Assembly: GCA_902635045.1 (NCBI GenBank)
Contig: CACPMT010000003.1
Coordinates: forward strand, 7,128 to 71,127
DNA: 64,000 nt
From: an uncultured SAR86 cluster bacterium
Lineage (GTDB): Bacteria; Pseudomonadota; Gammaproteobacteria; Magnimaribacterales; AG-339-G14
Direction: 5' to 3'
Under the pieces are notes generated by a model. It saw only the letters and a list, made by a program, of their open reading frames with translations. It searched no databases and had not been told where the DNA came from. Below, piece by piece: positions 10,340-21,301 of this stretch (positions within the stretch are counted from its first letter, which is position 1; each line of letters begins with the position of its first letter). The position numbers and the translations under genes are program-made.

Positions 10340-12147
10340 TGTCTATTTTCGAAAATAAAAAAGATTCAATTGAGACTTATAGAATCATAGTTTTCTTAAG
10401 TCCTTTTTTGATTTTGCTTTTTTTTGCTTTTTTGCAGATATTAAATCTTTCATATTTTAACTCCAACATTTACAAAACTCAGTCTGATTCAAATAGATTG
10501 TACCAATCAAAAATAGCCCCCCAAAGAGGATTTATTTTTGATACAAAAAATACTCTGCTGGTTGAAAATAATATCCAACAGGATTTAGAAATTAATCCTA
10601 GTTTTATAGAAAACCCAAGAGTTTTCTTAAAGCAAATTTCTGATTTGCTTGATCTGAATTTTGAAAAAATTGAAAGTGATTTTTATGTCAGAGCGACAGG
10701 CAAAAGTTCTCAAGAACCTTATATCTTGATCAAGGATTTGAATGAACAACAAATTGCAAAACTTAGCGTAAATCTAAAAAAAATTAAAGGAGCTGAAATT
10801 GTCTCTTCATTTTCGAGAAATGTGATCCACAAGGACATAATGGCTCCAGTTATTGGGTATGTAGGAAATATTTCAAGAGAAGATATTTTTAATAATCCGG
10901 AATTAACAAAATTCAAAAGCTTGAAAATTGGAAAGACCGGTGTTGAAAAAGATTTTGATTCTATTCTCCGCGGAAATATGGGTTATAGAATTCAGGAAAG
11001 AGACTCATATGGCAAGTTAATTAGAAATATTTCGATAGAACCCCCTTTAAAAGGAAAAGATTTAAAACTTTCGATTGATTTAGATCTTCAAAAAAAACTT
11101 TTTTCAGATTTTAAAGGCAGAAAAGGAGCTCTAGTAGCTATTGAGCCTAGAACAGGATTAATTAGAGCTCTAATAAGCTCTCCAACTTATGATCCCAACT
11201 TACTTAATTCAATTAATGATTATGAGGAAGTAAAGAGTTTATTAGCTGATAAAGATAGCCCTCTTTTTAATAGAGCTTTGTCCGGACAGTATCCCCCAGC
11301 ATCAACGTTAAAACCCTTTGTAGGAATGGCTGCCTTGGAAGCTGAAACAATTTCTTGGGAAAAAAGAATAGTTGATTCTGGGGAGTACTTCGTTGAAGGA
11401 GATGATAGGCCTTATAAAGGTTGGAAAGAGGGCGGACATGGAAACGTCGACATGAAAAAAGCGATTATTGAATCATCAGATGTTTATTTCTATGCTTTAG
11501 CGTATGACTTAACGATAAACAATCTTTCTCCATTTTTAGAGAAATTTGGTTATGGAAAGCAAAGCGGATTGACAGAAAATGAAGCTAAAGGAATTTTACC
11601 ATCAAGGAAATGGAAGTTGGGATATATCGGTGAAGCATGGTTTAAGGGAGACACTATCAACATGGGAATTGGGCAAGGATATATTACGGCAACTCCTATA
11701 CAAATAGCCTTAGCCTATGCAACCTTGGCAAATAGAGGAGAAATAGTAAAACCTAGAATTATTGAAAAGATTGGAGGCGTTTCTACAGAGAAAGTCTCAA
11801 ATTTAAATATATCTTTAAGTGACAATCAAAATTGGAAAAGAATAGAAGAAGCCCTGTTAGGAGTTGTGGAGGCATCAAATGGAACGGCTAACAACATCTA
11901 TGATAGGAATATAAGAATCGCAGGAAAAACTGGCACTGCACAAGTAAAGAGTATTGGAGAGACAGAGTATAAATTCTTAAGAGAAGATGAGTCATTAAGA
12001 GATCATGCGTTATTTGTTGGATACGGACCAGTTGAAGATCCAAAATTAGTTGTTGTTGCAATAATTGAAAACGGCGAATCGGGAAGCACTGTAGCTGCAC
12101 CTTTAGTTAGAAAAGCAATAAATTTGTATTCAAAAAATGAAAAATAA
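10336..12147 (+). CDS. mrdA: Penicillin-binding protein 2
   Basis: PQRGFIFD, YPPASTLK (SxxK), SSDVYFY, GKTGTAQ. Confidence 0.95.
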   Translation: MMSIFENKKDSIETYRIIVFLSPFLILLFFAFLQILNLSYFNSNIYKTQSDSNRLYQSKIAPQRGFIFDTKNTLLVENNIQQDLEINPSFIENPRVFLKQISDLLDLNFEKIESDFYVRATGKSSQEPYILIKDLNEQQIAKLSVNLKKIKGAEIVSSFSRNVIHKDIMAPVIGYVGNISREDIFNNPELTKFKSLKIGKTGVEKDFDSILRGNMGYRIQERDSYGKLIRNISIEPPLKGKDLKLSIDLDLQKKLFSDFKGRKGALVAIEPRTGLIRALISSPTYDPNLLNSINDYEEVKSLLADKDSPLFNRALSGQYPPASTLKPFVGMAALEAETISWEKRIVDSGEYFVEGDDRPYKGWKEGGHGNVDMKKAIIESSDVYFYALAYDLTINNLSPFLEKFGYGKQSGLTENEAKGILPSRKWKLGYIGEAWFKGDTINMGIGQGYITATPIQIALAYATLANRGEIVKPRIIEKIGGVSTEKVSNLNISLSDNQNWKRIEEALLGVVEASNGTANNIYDRNIRIAGKTGTAQVKSIGETEYKFLREDESLRDHALFVGYGPVEDPKLVVVAIIENGESGSTVAAPLVRKAINLYSKNEK

Positions 12148-13243
12148 CCCATTAAGTTTTTCTGTAAATTTAAAAATTGACAAGAGTAGTAATAATACCC
12201 CTCAATTTGATTATTGGATTTTATTTAGTGTAATTTTCCTTTGTTCCTTTGGATTAGCAATGATTTACAGTTCAAGTAATTCGCTGGAGATGACCATTAG
12301 ACAGGGCACTTACTTTTTTTTAGGGCTTTTAGGAATGTTACTGTTAGCATTTTCAAATTTTAGAAAAATGGAAGTCTTTTATTTGCATAGTTTTTGGCCT
12401 GCTTTTTTTCTTCTAATAATTGTTTTACTTTTTCCATCAGAAAACTCTAAAACTAACAGATGGATAGATTTAGGCCTTTTTACATTTCAGCCTTCAGAGC
12501 TAATGAGATTTATCCTGCCAATTTCTGCTGCCTCCTTTTTAACTAAAAATTTAAAGACAAAAATGAAAGATATGTGGTTTGTAATTTTTGTTACTTTAAT
12601 TTGTTTTTACTTGGTTGCTATTCAACCTGATTTAGGAACCTCTATAATAATTTTATTGGCGGGCTTATTGCCAGTAATTATTTCAGGGTTCCCCTGGATT
12701 TATATTTTTTTTGGAGGATTTTTGGTAACACTTTCTTTACCTTTAATTTGGATAAGTTTATACGATTATCAAAAACAAAGAATTTTGACCTTATTCAACC
12801 CAGAAGCTGATGTTTACGGAGCAGGGTGGAATATAGTTCAGTCAAAAATAGCTGTCGGCTCAGGCGGGTTATTTGGTAAGGGTTTTTTAAATGGCTCTCA
12901 AAGCCAATTAAATTTCATACCGGAAAGTCATTCAGATTTTATTTTTTCTGTTATTGCAGAAGAGTTTGGTTTACTAGGCATCAGCATTCTCTTTTTTATT
13001 TATGGAATTTTAATTTATCGGTTATTGATGGTTTCATTTTACAGCTCAAATAAATTTGCAAAAATAGTTTCAGGGACTTTATCAATAATCCTTTTAGCGT
13101 ATATTTCTATTAATATTTCTATGGTAATTGGTTTACTCCCAGTTGTTGGGATGCCATTACCATTTTTAAGTCAGGGAGGAACTGCATTGATAGTAAATCT
13201 ATTAACTATTGGAATTATTTTGTCGCTAAGAAAAGAGGTTTAG
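12137..13243 (+). CDS. rodA: Rod shape-determining protein RodA (SEDS glycosyltransferase)
   Basis: RWIDLG..FQPSE, QPDLGT, PESHSDFIF, GMPLPFLSQGG. Confidence 0.95.
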   Translation: MKNNPLSFSVNLKIDKSSNNTPQFDYWILFSVIFLCSFGLAMIYSSSNSLEMTIRQGTYFFLGLLGMLLLAFSNFRKMEVFYLHSFWPAFFLLIIVLLFPSENSKTNRWIDLGLFTFQPSELMRFILPISAASFLTKNLKTKMKDMWFVIFVTLICFYLVAIQPDLGTSIIILLAGLLPVIISGFPWIYIFFGGFLVTLSLPLIWISLYDYQKQRILTLFNPEADVYGAGWNIVQSKIAVGSGGLFGKGFLNGSQSQLNFIPESHSDFIFSVIAEEFGLLGISILFFIYGILIYRLLMVSFYSSNKFAKIVSGTLSIILLAYISINISMVIGLLPVVGMPLPFLSQGGTALIVNLLTIGIILSLRKEV

Positions 13244-14215
13244 ATGAAAATTTTATTTTATTTATATGCGATTTTATTTTTTAGTCATTTATCTTTTTCA
13301 AATTACCTCGATAGAAATGATGTTCAGGATTTTATAGATTTCATGCACGTTGAACATGGCTTTTCCAAAGATTTTATTTCTAAAACTCTATCTCAAGCAA
13401 GTAAGCAGCAAAACATTATAGATTTAATGAATAACCCTTCTGAAAAAGTAACATCTTGGGATGAATATAAAAAAAGGGTTTCAATTACCAGAGTTCAAAA
13501 TGGAATAAGATTCATTAAGGCATATAAAAAATGGTTTATAAAAGCAGAAGAGGAGTTCGGAGTTCCTCGAGAAGTAATTGCAGCGATAATTGGGCTGGAA
13601 ACTAATTATGGCGGTTACAAGGGAAATACGAGAGTAATTGATGCGTTAACTACTGCTGCATTTGATTACCCAAGAAGAAGAAACTTTTTTAAAACTCAGT
13701 TAGAAGAGTTTTTTTTATTAACTAGAGAAGAAAACTTCGATCCTCTCATCATTAAGGGTTCTTATGCTGGAGCTATGGGTTTTGCTCAATTTATGCCTGA
13801 TAATTATCGAAGGTTGGCAGTAGACTTTGATGGCGATGGCAAAAAAGATATCCTGAGCAATCCAGCAGATGCAATTGGAAGCGTTGCTAATTTCCTGAGT
13901 TCTACCAAAGGAAATAAACATGGTTGGGAAAGAAGCGGATTCATTGCTGTCGAAGCAGATCCAAAAAAAAGAAACAAATCCATAAAATCGTCTTTCAAGC
14001 TAAGGTCATACAAAGATTTAGACATCAAAGCAAAAGAAAATCTTGATTTTAATGACAAATATATACAAATTTCATTATTTCCAAATGACGAGTCAAAAGA
14101 CGAGTTTTGGCTTGGAGATAAAAACCTTTACGCAATAACAAGATATAATCCTAGTAGCAAATACGCTATGACTGTTTTTCTTTTAAGTGAACAAATTGCA
14201 AAAATAGGAAACTAA
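13244..14215 (+). CDS. mltB: Lytic murein transglycosylase B
   Basis: IIGLETNYG, GSYAGAMGFAQFMP, AVDFDGDG, ITRYN. Confidence 0.93.
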   Translation: MKILFYLYAILFFSHLSFSNYLDRNDVQDFIDFMHVEHGFSKDFISKTLSQASKQQNIIDLMNNPSEKVTSWDEYKKRVSITRVQNGIRFIKAYKKWFIKAEEEFGVPREVIAAIIGLETNYGGYKGNTRVIDALTTAAFDYPRRRNFFKTQLEEFFLLTREENFDPLIIKGSYAGAMGFAQFMPDNYRRLAVDFDGDGKKDILSNPADAIGSVANFLSSTKGNKHGWERSGFIAVEADPKKRNKSIKSSFKLRSYKDLDIKAKENLDFNDKYIQISLFPNDESKDEFWLGDKNLYAITRYNPSSKYAMTVFLLSEQIAKIGN

Positions 14216-14217
14216 AT

Positions 14218-15369
14218 ATGAAAAAAATAACTCTGATTTCTCTTTTAATGGCTCATAATATTTTTTCTCAAACTTTAATACCTAATCCTCCGGAAGTTTC
14301 TGCAACAAGTTTCTTACTTATTGATGCAAAAACAAAAACAGTCATAACATCAAGTGAGCCAAATCAATCTACTGGTCTTGCTAGTATCACTAAAATTATG
14401 ACCTCTTATGTAGTAGCTGATCAAATTTCTAAAGGATTTTTAACGGAAGATACCATGGTAGACATAAGTGAAGAATGTTGGCGTATGGAAGGATCACGAA
14501 TGTTTATAAAAGAAGGCACTGAAGTATCTATTTCAGAATTACTTAAAGGAGTTATTATCCAGTCTGGAAATGATGCTAGTTGTGCATTAGCAGAAAAAAT
14601 AGCTGGTTCACAATCTGCATTTGCAGATCTAATGAATAATTATGCTGAGCAATTAGGTTTAGAAAATACGAATTTCGTAAACCCAACAGGACTTCCAGAT
14701 ATCAACCATTATTCTACAGCCAATGATATTGCAAAACTTAGCATAAGATTGATAGAAGATTTTCCTGACAACTATGCTTTATTTAAAGAGAAGGAATATA
14801 CATTCAATAATATCAGGCAATTAAATAGAAATAGTCTTTTATGGCAAGATGACTCAATTGATGGAATAAAAACCGGACATACAAATGCATCAGGTTATTG
14901 CTTAGTTGCTTCGGCAAAAAGAGATGAGATGAGACTTATTGCTGTAACTTTAAACAGCACGTCTGAGAAAACAAGATTACAAGATAGCAGACGGTTATTA
15001 GATTATGGTTTTAGGTTTTTTAAAACCAAAAAAGTTTTATCAAAGTCTCAGGAAGTTTCAACTGTTGACGTTTGGGCAGGATCAAAAGACAAATTATCTA
15101 TTGGCCCAAGAGAAGATATTTATTTGACACTCACAAAGCCTCAATTTAAGAATATAGAAATGATTATTTCTAAAAATCTTGGAATAACCGCCCCAATTGA
15201 AAAAGGAGATGTTATTGATAGGCTGGATATTTCTATAAATAATGAAGTTAACTCTTCTTTTGATTTAGTTGCTCTTGAAAAAATTAATACAGAAGGATTC
15301 ATATGGCCGTATCTAGAATCATTAGCTTTTTATGTATATTCTTTTTTCATGCAAGATGAAGTTCAATAA
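14218..15369 (+). CDS. dacA: D-alanyl-D-alanine carboxypeptidase (PBP5/6 family)
   Basis: ASITK, SGN and KTG motifs. Confidence 0.92.
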   Translation: MKKITLISLLMAHNIFSQTLIPNPPEVSATSFLLIDAKTKTVITSSEPNQSTGLASITKIMTSYVVADQISKGFLTEDTMVDISEECWRMEGSRMFIKEGTEVSISELLKGVIIQSGNDASCALAEKIAGSQSAFADLMNNYAEQLGLENTNFVNPTGLPDINHYSTANDIAKLSIRLIEDFPDNYALFKEKEYTFNNIRQLNRNSLLWQDDSIDGIKTGHTNASGYCLVASAKRDEMRLIAVTLNSTSEKTRLQDSRRLLDYGFRFFKTKKVLSKSQEVSTVDVWAGSKDKLSIGPREDIYLTLTKPQFKNIEMIISKNLGITAPIEKGDVIDRLDISINNEVNSSFDLVALEKINTEGFIWPYLESLAFYVYSFFMQDEVQ

Positions 15370-16203
15370 ATGTCTGTCTGCTATTTAAATGGAGAATTTT
15401 TAAATTTAAAAGATGCAAAAATTTCTCCCTTAGATCGAGGATTTCTTTTTGGCGATTCAATTTACGAAGTTTTTGCTGCTTATGATAAAAAAGCTTTTAG
15501 AATTGAAGAGCATCTCGATAGATTTTATATTAATTTAAAAGAGATAAAGTTAACCGTTAATATTTCTCGTCAAGAACTAAAAAACATTATTGAATTAGTA
15601 ATTCAAAAGAATGATTTGAGTAATCAAATTATTTATTTGCAAATCTCGAGAGGATACGAAGAAATTAGAAACCATGTACCAGATATTAAATCTGAATCGA
15701 CCATATTTATTTGTTCATTTCCTTTGAAAAATTTACCAAACCATAATTCAGATAAAGTAAAAATAAGTTTAAGAGAGGACTTCCGTTGGGGGAAAAGTAA
15801 TATAAAGTCTACTTCTCTTTTGGCAAACGTGCTTTATAAAATTCAGGGGAATGAAGAAAATCTTGATGAAATCATTCTTCATGATAATGGCTATATAACT
15901 GAGGGTGCTGTAAGTAACGTATTTTGCGTAAAGAACAAGAAAGTATTAACCCCTTCTTTACAAAATAATATTCTTCCAGGAGTTACAAGATCAGTAATTA
16001 TTGATATTGTTAAAAAATTAAATATTCCTTTAGCTGAATCTAGAATTAGCGTTGAAGATTTGAAGAATGCAGATGAAGTTTGGATTACGAATACTACTAA
16101 AGGAATTCTTTTAGTTTCTGAAATTGATCAAATCAAAGTCTTTCGAGAAGATATGATCTTCAAGGAAGTTCAAGAAAAATTTATCCAAGAAACTCTGGCT
16201 TAA
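15370..16203 (+). CDS. dat: D-amino acid aminotransferase (PLP class IV)
   Basis: DRGFLFGDSIYEV, RW..NIKSTSLLANV, ITEG..SN, LPGVTR. Confidence 0.8.
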   Translation: MSVCYLNGEFLNLKDAKISPLDRGFLFGDSIYEVFAAYDKKAFRIEEHLDRFYINLKEIKLTVNISRQELKNIIELVIQKNDLSNQIIYLQISRGYEEIRNHVPDIKSESTIFICSFPLKNLPNHNSDKVKISLREDFRWGKSNIKSTSLLANVLYKIQGNEENLDEIILHDNGYITEGAVSNVFCVKNKKVLTPSLQNNILPGVTRSVIIDIVKKLNIPLAESRISVEDLKNADEVWITNTTKGILLVSEIDQIKVFREDMIFKEVQEKFIQETLA

Positions 16204-17101
16204 TAAATTCAATGATTATTCTTTCAGCACTTTTCCAAAAATTATCATTCCCCTTTTTAAAATTCATATCCAAGGAAGCAATCTTTTTTTTGAAATAAAT
16301 AATTTGATTTACGTTTAATTTATTTGTCTTTGTTTTTAGATTATCTAGGTAATCATATGGTCCACTAAACTTAGAGGTTGAATCTTCTTTCAAAAAGGAA
16401 ATCCTCTCAATTTCTCTAAAAAGACCCCAAATAATTAAAGCTTCAGAACCTCTTTGAAGTTTAAGATGTTCAAGTATTTTTAAAGATTCTTCAAGATCTC
16501 CTTTCAAGATGGAATTAGATAAATTAAAAATATCAAAATTTGAGTTTTCCGAAATAAAATCACTTTCAGAATTATTGTTTAAGATTTTAATCATTTTTAA
16601 TTCTTGATAAGAAGAAACTAAATTTCCTTGAGTTTTTTCAATAATTAGATCAATTTGCTCTTCAGAAATAGAGATGTTAAATCTTTTTGAGAGATTCTTT
16701 AACCAAGATTTTTTTTGGTTAGGCCATACTTTTTGAACCTCTATTTCCTCACTATAATTTAAAAGTTTTTTAAACCATGCTCTGGTTTTAATTCTCTCTA
16801 TTCCAAGTATAGAAATAACTAAGCTGATTGTTTCTGATAGGTTTTTACAAAATTCTTCTAATAATTCTCCTTCGCTTTTAGATGGAGAATTTTCTAACCT
16901 GAGATCGATTATTTTTTTCGAAGAAAACAAGTCACTCATTTGTTCTGTCATTAATTCTTCATAAGAAAAAGAAGTTTTAGAAAAAAAAATTTTTCTTTCT
17001 TCATATCCATTTTTCTTTAATTCAAAGATTAACCTATTTCTTTCAAGCTCTATAAGAAAATCTTCCGGACCATGAATAAGAAATATATTTTTTTTAATCA
17101 T
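16181..17101 (-). CDS. holA: DNA polymerase III delta subunit
   Basis: FLIHGPE.FL, DLFSSKK, GNL, FDIFNL; leuS-lptE-holA synteny; first ATG at 17101. Confidence 0.85.
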   Translation of the reverse strand: MIKKNIFLIHGPEDFLIELERNRLIFELKKNGYEERKIFFSKTSFSYEELMTEQMSDLFSSKKIIDLRLENSPSKSEGELLEEFCKNLSETISLVISILGIERIKTRAWFKKLLNYSEEIEVQKVWPNQKKSWLKNLSKRFNISISEEQIDLIIEKTQGNLVSSYQELKMIKILNNNSESDFISENSNFDIFNLSNSILKGDLEESLKILEHLKLQRGSEALIIWGLFREIERISFLKEDSTSKFSGPYDYLDNLKTKTNKLNVNQIIYFKKKIASLDMNFKKGNDNFWKSAERIIIEFIKPEFLG

Positions 17102-17567
17102 AGAAATACAAGTAGAGAAAATTTTTGAGTTGATTTTGAGCTTCAAAAAAGAACATTACTTGAAGATCTTCCATTTTTTTTTCGTTAGATAATATTTTAT
17201 TTGTATCATATGGAAAAATTTCCGAAGAACGGAAGTTAAATTCTTCACTTTTGCCTAATTTACTAATCTGCATAGAAATTTCATAATCTATAGTCCCTGT
17301 AGCGGCAAAGAAATTTCTATCTTTAGCCCCAGTATATTTTGTTATTGTGTGTCCAAGTATTCTAATATTTAGATCAGCATCTTTTGAATTTGAAAATTGA
17401 AAGTTTAAAAAGCTGCCTTTCTTTCTCATTTCATTTACAAACTGGTTATTTAATAAAGTATCGTCATAAGAAATAAAAACTTCAAAAGGCTTTCTTTTAG
17501 AAGAATCTATAGGAGAAAATCCGCAAGAAAACAGGATGAAGGAGATCAAAACAATTAAAAATTTCAC
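17094..17567 (-). CDS. lptE: LPS assembly lipoprotein LptE (divergent)
   Basis: Lipobox LFSCGF; position between leuS and holA. Confidence 0.72.
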   Translation of the reverse strand: MKFLIVLISFILFSCGFSPIDSSKRKPFEVFISYDDTLLNNQFVNEMRKKGSFLNFQFSNSKDADLNIRILGHTITKYTGAKDRNFFAATGTIDYEISMQISKLGKSEEFNFRSSEIFPYDTNKILSNEKKMEDLQVMFFFEAQNQLKNFLYLYFYD

Positions 17568-19961
17568 TTATTGAACGACAAAATTGATAAGTTTTTTTTC
17601 TATGAAAATGGTTTTTTTTATTTCTTTATCAATGATAAACCGTTTAACATTTTCTAATTCTTTGGAAAGCATAATAACCTCTTTTTCAGACTTCTCTTCA
17701 TCTAATTCTAGTGACCCCCTCAATTTTCCATTTACTTGAACTATTAATTTATAACTCTTTTCTTCTAATAAATTAGAATCAAAAACAGGCCATGCCTCAC
17801 TATAAATTTCTTTTCCATTTTGTAAAACATTCCAAAGTTCATGAGTTATATGCGGAGTTATGGGGCTAAGCATTAGAAGAGATGAATCAATTATTTTTTT
17901 AAATAGTTTTCTTTCTTCCTCAGAAATTTCACCTTTTTCAAACTCTTTTGGTATTGCATTCAATAGTTCCATTATTGCTGCAATAGCTGTATTGAATGAA
18001 TTCCTTCGTTCGAAATCATCAGTTACTTTTTTAATAGTTTGATTTAATTTTATCTCTAGCGGCTTAAGATCAAATGTGGAATTTGTAGAAAGATTTTTTT
18101 GTTTTTTTAAAATAGATGTAAGTTTCCATAGCTTATTTAAAAATTTAAAAGATCCTTTTACTCCATCATTAGACCACTCTAAAGATTGTTCTGGCGGAGA
18201 CGCAAACATTGAAAAAAGTCTTACTGTATCGGCTCCGTAACTATCAATAAGCTCTTGCGGATTCACAGTATTGCCTTTAGATTTTGACATTTTATTTCCA
18301 TCCTTAAGCACCATGCCTTGACATAATAGCTTATTAAAGGGCTCTCTAAATTTTACCAAACCTAAGTCATTCAATGCTTTGGAAAAAAACCTTGAATATA
18401 ACAAATGCAAAATAGCATGTTCTATTCCTCCAATGTATTGATCTACTGGCAACCAATAATCAACCTCTTCATCAAAAATTGATTCCGATGATTTGTGAGA
18501 AGCAAATTTTGCAAAATACCATGAAGATTCAAGGAAAGTGTCGAATGTATCAGATTCTTTAATATATTCGTTTCCGTTTTTTGCTAAAACCTTAGAATCA
18601 ATTTCTTCTTGACTTAGATCTGAGAACGGAATTACATCGGCAGAGTTTTTCTTATTTATCATCATTGGAATAGGCGCACCCCATTTTCTTTGTCTTGAAA
18701 TGCCCCAATTTTTAAGTCGGTAATTTACTTTTTCAGACCCAAAATTATTATCTTTGGCCAGTTTAGAAATTTTTTCAAAGGCTTCTTCAAAATTAAGGCC
18801 ATCAAGTTCATTTCCCGAATTAATGAGTACGCCTTTTTCTACTTGAGCTTTATCAAGTTCAAGTTTTCCATCACCAGTGTCAATAACTTGTTTTATTTTG
18901 ATATTATATTTTTTAGCAAATTCAAAATCTCTTTGATCGTGACCAGGAACAGCCATTAATGCACCAGATCCGTAATCCATCAAGACAAAATTAGCAACCC
19001 AAACTTCTATTTCTTCTTTTGAAATGGGATGCATAGCTTTAATATCTAATTTATATCCTTTTTTCTCCTCAGATATTCTTCCTGCTTCAGATGTAGTTCC
19101 CTTAGAATTATTTTTTAACCATTCTTCAAGAGTTTTATCTTTCTTGGCTAAATTAGTAACAATTGGATGTGCAAGAGAAAGTGCCAGAAAAGAAACTCCC
19201 ATGATGGTATCTGGTCGAGTCGTAAAAACTTCTATTTGTTCTTTATTTGAAAGATTAAAAGTAAATTCCATACCGATTGATTTACCTATCCAATTTTTTT
19301 GCATCGTTTTTACTTGCTCAGGCCAATCTTTTAAGGAATCGAGTTCAGAAAGAAGCTCTTCTGCATAGTCACTTATTTTAAAAGCCCACTGATCAATGAT
19401 CTTTTTTTCGACATCAGCTCCTGATCTCCAACCTTTACCGTCAATTACTTGTTCATTTGCCAAAACAGTTTGATCTACTGGATCCCAATTTACTTCTGCT
19501 TTTTCTCTAATAACTAGTCCTTTTTTATACATTTCACAGAAAAGCCACTGCTCCCATTTATAGTATTCCTCGTCACACGTTTTGATTTCTCTTCGCCAAT
19601 CATATGCAAACCCCAGAGAAGTAAGCTGTTTTTTCATAAATTGGATATTTTTTTCAGTCCATTTCTTTGGTGAAATATTATTTTGAATGGCGGCGTTTTC
19701 TGCAGGCAGACCAAATGCGTCCCAGCCCATAGGTTGCAAAACATTCTTGCCTTTCATTCTCTGATATCTAGAAATTACATCTCCAATTGTATAATTCCTT
19801 ACATGTCCCATATGTAATTCTCCTGAGGGATAAGGAAACATACTCAAGCAGTAGTATTTTTCTTTTTTACTGTCAGGTTCAACCTCAAAAGATTTATTTC
19901 TTTCCCAGTAAGCTTGTGCTTTTTTTTCTATATCGGCAGGATTGTAGGAATCTTCTTTCAT
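17568..19961 (-). CDS. leuS: Leucine--tRNA ligase
   Basis: MFPYPSGELHMGH, GGIEHAILHLLY, KMSKS. Confidence 0.98.
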   Translation of the reverse strand: MKEDSYNPADIEKKAQAYWERNKSFEVEPDSKKEKYYCLSMFPYPSGELHMGHVRNYTIGDVISRYQRMKGKNVLQPMGWDAFGLPAENAAIQNNISPKKWTEKNIQFMKKQLTSLGFAYDWRREIKTCDEEYYKWEQWLFCEMYKKGLVIREKAEVNWDPVDQTVLANEQVIDGKGWRSGADVEKKIIDQWAFKISDYAEELLSELDSLKDWPEQVKTMQKNWIGKSIGMEFTFNLSNKEQIEVFTTRPDTIMGVSFLALSLAHPIVTNLAKKDKTLEEWLKNNSKGTTSEAGRISEEKKGYKLDIKAMHPISKEEIEVWVANFVLMDYGSGALMAVPGHDQRDFEFAKKYNIKIKQVIDTGDGKLELDKAQVEKGVLINSGNELDGLNFEEAFEKISKLAKDNNFGSEKVNYRLKNWGISRQRKWGAPIPMMINKKNSADVIPFSDLSQEEIDSKVLAKNGNEYIKESDTFDTFLESSWYFAKFASHKSSESIFDEEVDYWLPVDQYIGGIEHAILHLLYSRFFSKALNDLGLVKFREPFNKLLCQGMVLKDGNKMSKSKGNTVNPQELIDSYGADTVRLFSMFASPPEQSLEWSNDGVKGSFKFLNKLWKLTSILKKQKNLSTNSTFDLKPLEIKLNQTIKKVTDDFERRNSFNTAIAAIMELLNAIPKEFEKGEISEEERKLFKKIIDSSLLMLSPITPHITHELWNVLQNGKEIYSEAWPVFDSNLLEEKSYKLIVQVNGKLRGSLELDEEKSEKEVIMLSKELENVKRFIIDKEIKKTIFIEKKLINFVVQ

Positions 19962-21301
19962 TAATTTATATCTAAAACTCTTTCTAGGTAGTTTATAGAT
20001 ATATTTGCTTTTCTAAAGTTCTCTTCATTTAGAATTAATTCTTGTAGTTCTTTATTAGTATCTATTCCTTCAACGAAAAATTCTTCCAAAGCAAAAGACA
20101 TTCGACATAAAGCTTCTTCTCTGTCTTTACCCTGCGTACAAATTTTTGCTATCAAAGCATCATAATAAGGAGAAATAACACAACCGTCATAAACATGAGA
20201 ATCAACTCTTACACCAATACCTCCAGGCTTACCCCATTCTGTTATCTTTCCAGGTGACGGAATAAATGTTTTTGGATGCTCTGCATTGATTCTACATTGA
20301 ATTGCATGACCACGAACACTTATTTCTTTTTGCTTAATTTTAAGTTCTTCGCCTGCTGCTATTCCAATTTGAAGCTTAACTAGATCATAATTGGTAATCA
20401 TTTCTGAAACAGTATGTTCAACCTGTAATCTAGTATTCATTTCTATGAAATAAAATTCTTCGTCTTTGTATAAAAACTCAAAAGTCCCAGCACCTTTGTA
20501 TTTCATTTTTTTACAGCATTCAGTGCATAACTTGAATAACTCTTGTTTTTTTTCTTCGGGAATGTTTAAAGCCGGAGCTTCTTCAACAATTTTTTGATTT
20601 TTCCTTTGAATAGAACAATCCCTTTCGTAAAAATGAAGGGCATTTCCAAAATTATCTGCCAAAACTTGGACCTCGATATGTCGGGGACTATCAAGAAATT
20701 TCTCCAAATATATTTCATCGCTACCAAAACTGTTTAAGGCTTCTTGTTGAGTTAATCTCATTTTTGGAATTAAATCATTTTCTTCATGAACTATTGAAAT
20801 TCCTCGTCCTCCTCCTCCAGCTGCTGCTTTTATCATTACTGGATAACCAATTTCTTTAGCTTTTAACAAAGTTTCCCTATTTGTAGCAGATACCCTTCCA
20901 CTTCCTGGTACACACTGCAAACCAGCATCAAGAGCCATTTCTTTTGCTGAAATTTTATTACCCATAATTCTTATAGATTCGGGATCTGGACCAATGAATG
21001 TATACCCGCTTGCTACTACTTGTTCAGCAAAATGATCGTTTTCAGCTAAAAAGCCTACTCCTGGATGAATGGCCTCTGCGTTAGTTAATTCGCATGCGCT
21101 TATAATTGCGGGAATGTTCAGATAACTTTTTGATGATTCTGGAGGTCCAATGCATACAGCTTCATCTGCCATTTTTACATGTTTTAAGTCTTTATCGGCC
21201 TCAGAATATATTGCAACCGTACCAATACCCATTTCTTTACATGCTTTAAGAACTCTAAGGGCAATCTCGCCTCTATTAGCGATTAAAATTTTTGAGAACA
21301 T
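19961..21301 (-). CDS. accC: Acetyl-CoA carboxylase, biotin carboxylase subunit
   Basis: ANRGEIA, GGGGRG, RDCSIQR, EMNTRLQVEH. Confidence 0.97.
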   Translation of the reverse strand: MFSKILIANRGEIALRVLKACKEMGIGTVAIYSEADKDLKHVKMADEAVCIGPPESSKSYLNIPAIISACELTNAEAIHPGVGFLAENDHFAEQVVASGYTFIGPDPESIRIMGNKISAKEMALDAGLQCVPGSGRVSATNRETLLKAKEIGYPVMIKAAAGGGGRGISIVHEENDLIPKMRLTQQEALNSFGSDEIYLEKFLDSPRHIEVQVLADNFGNALHFYERDCSIQRKNQKIVEEAPALNIPEEKKQELFKLCTECCKKMKYKGAGTFEFLYKDEEFYFIEMNTRLQVEHTVSEMITNYDLVKLQIGIAAGEELKIKQKEISVRGHAIQCRINAEHPKTFIPSPGKITEWGKPGGIGVRVDSHVYDGCVISPYYDALIAKICTQGKDREEALCRMSFALEEFFVEGIDTNKELQELILNEENFRKANISINYLERVLDIN

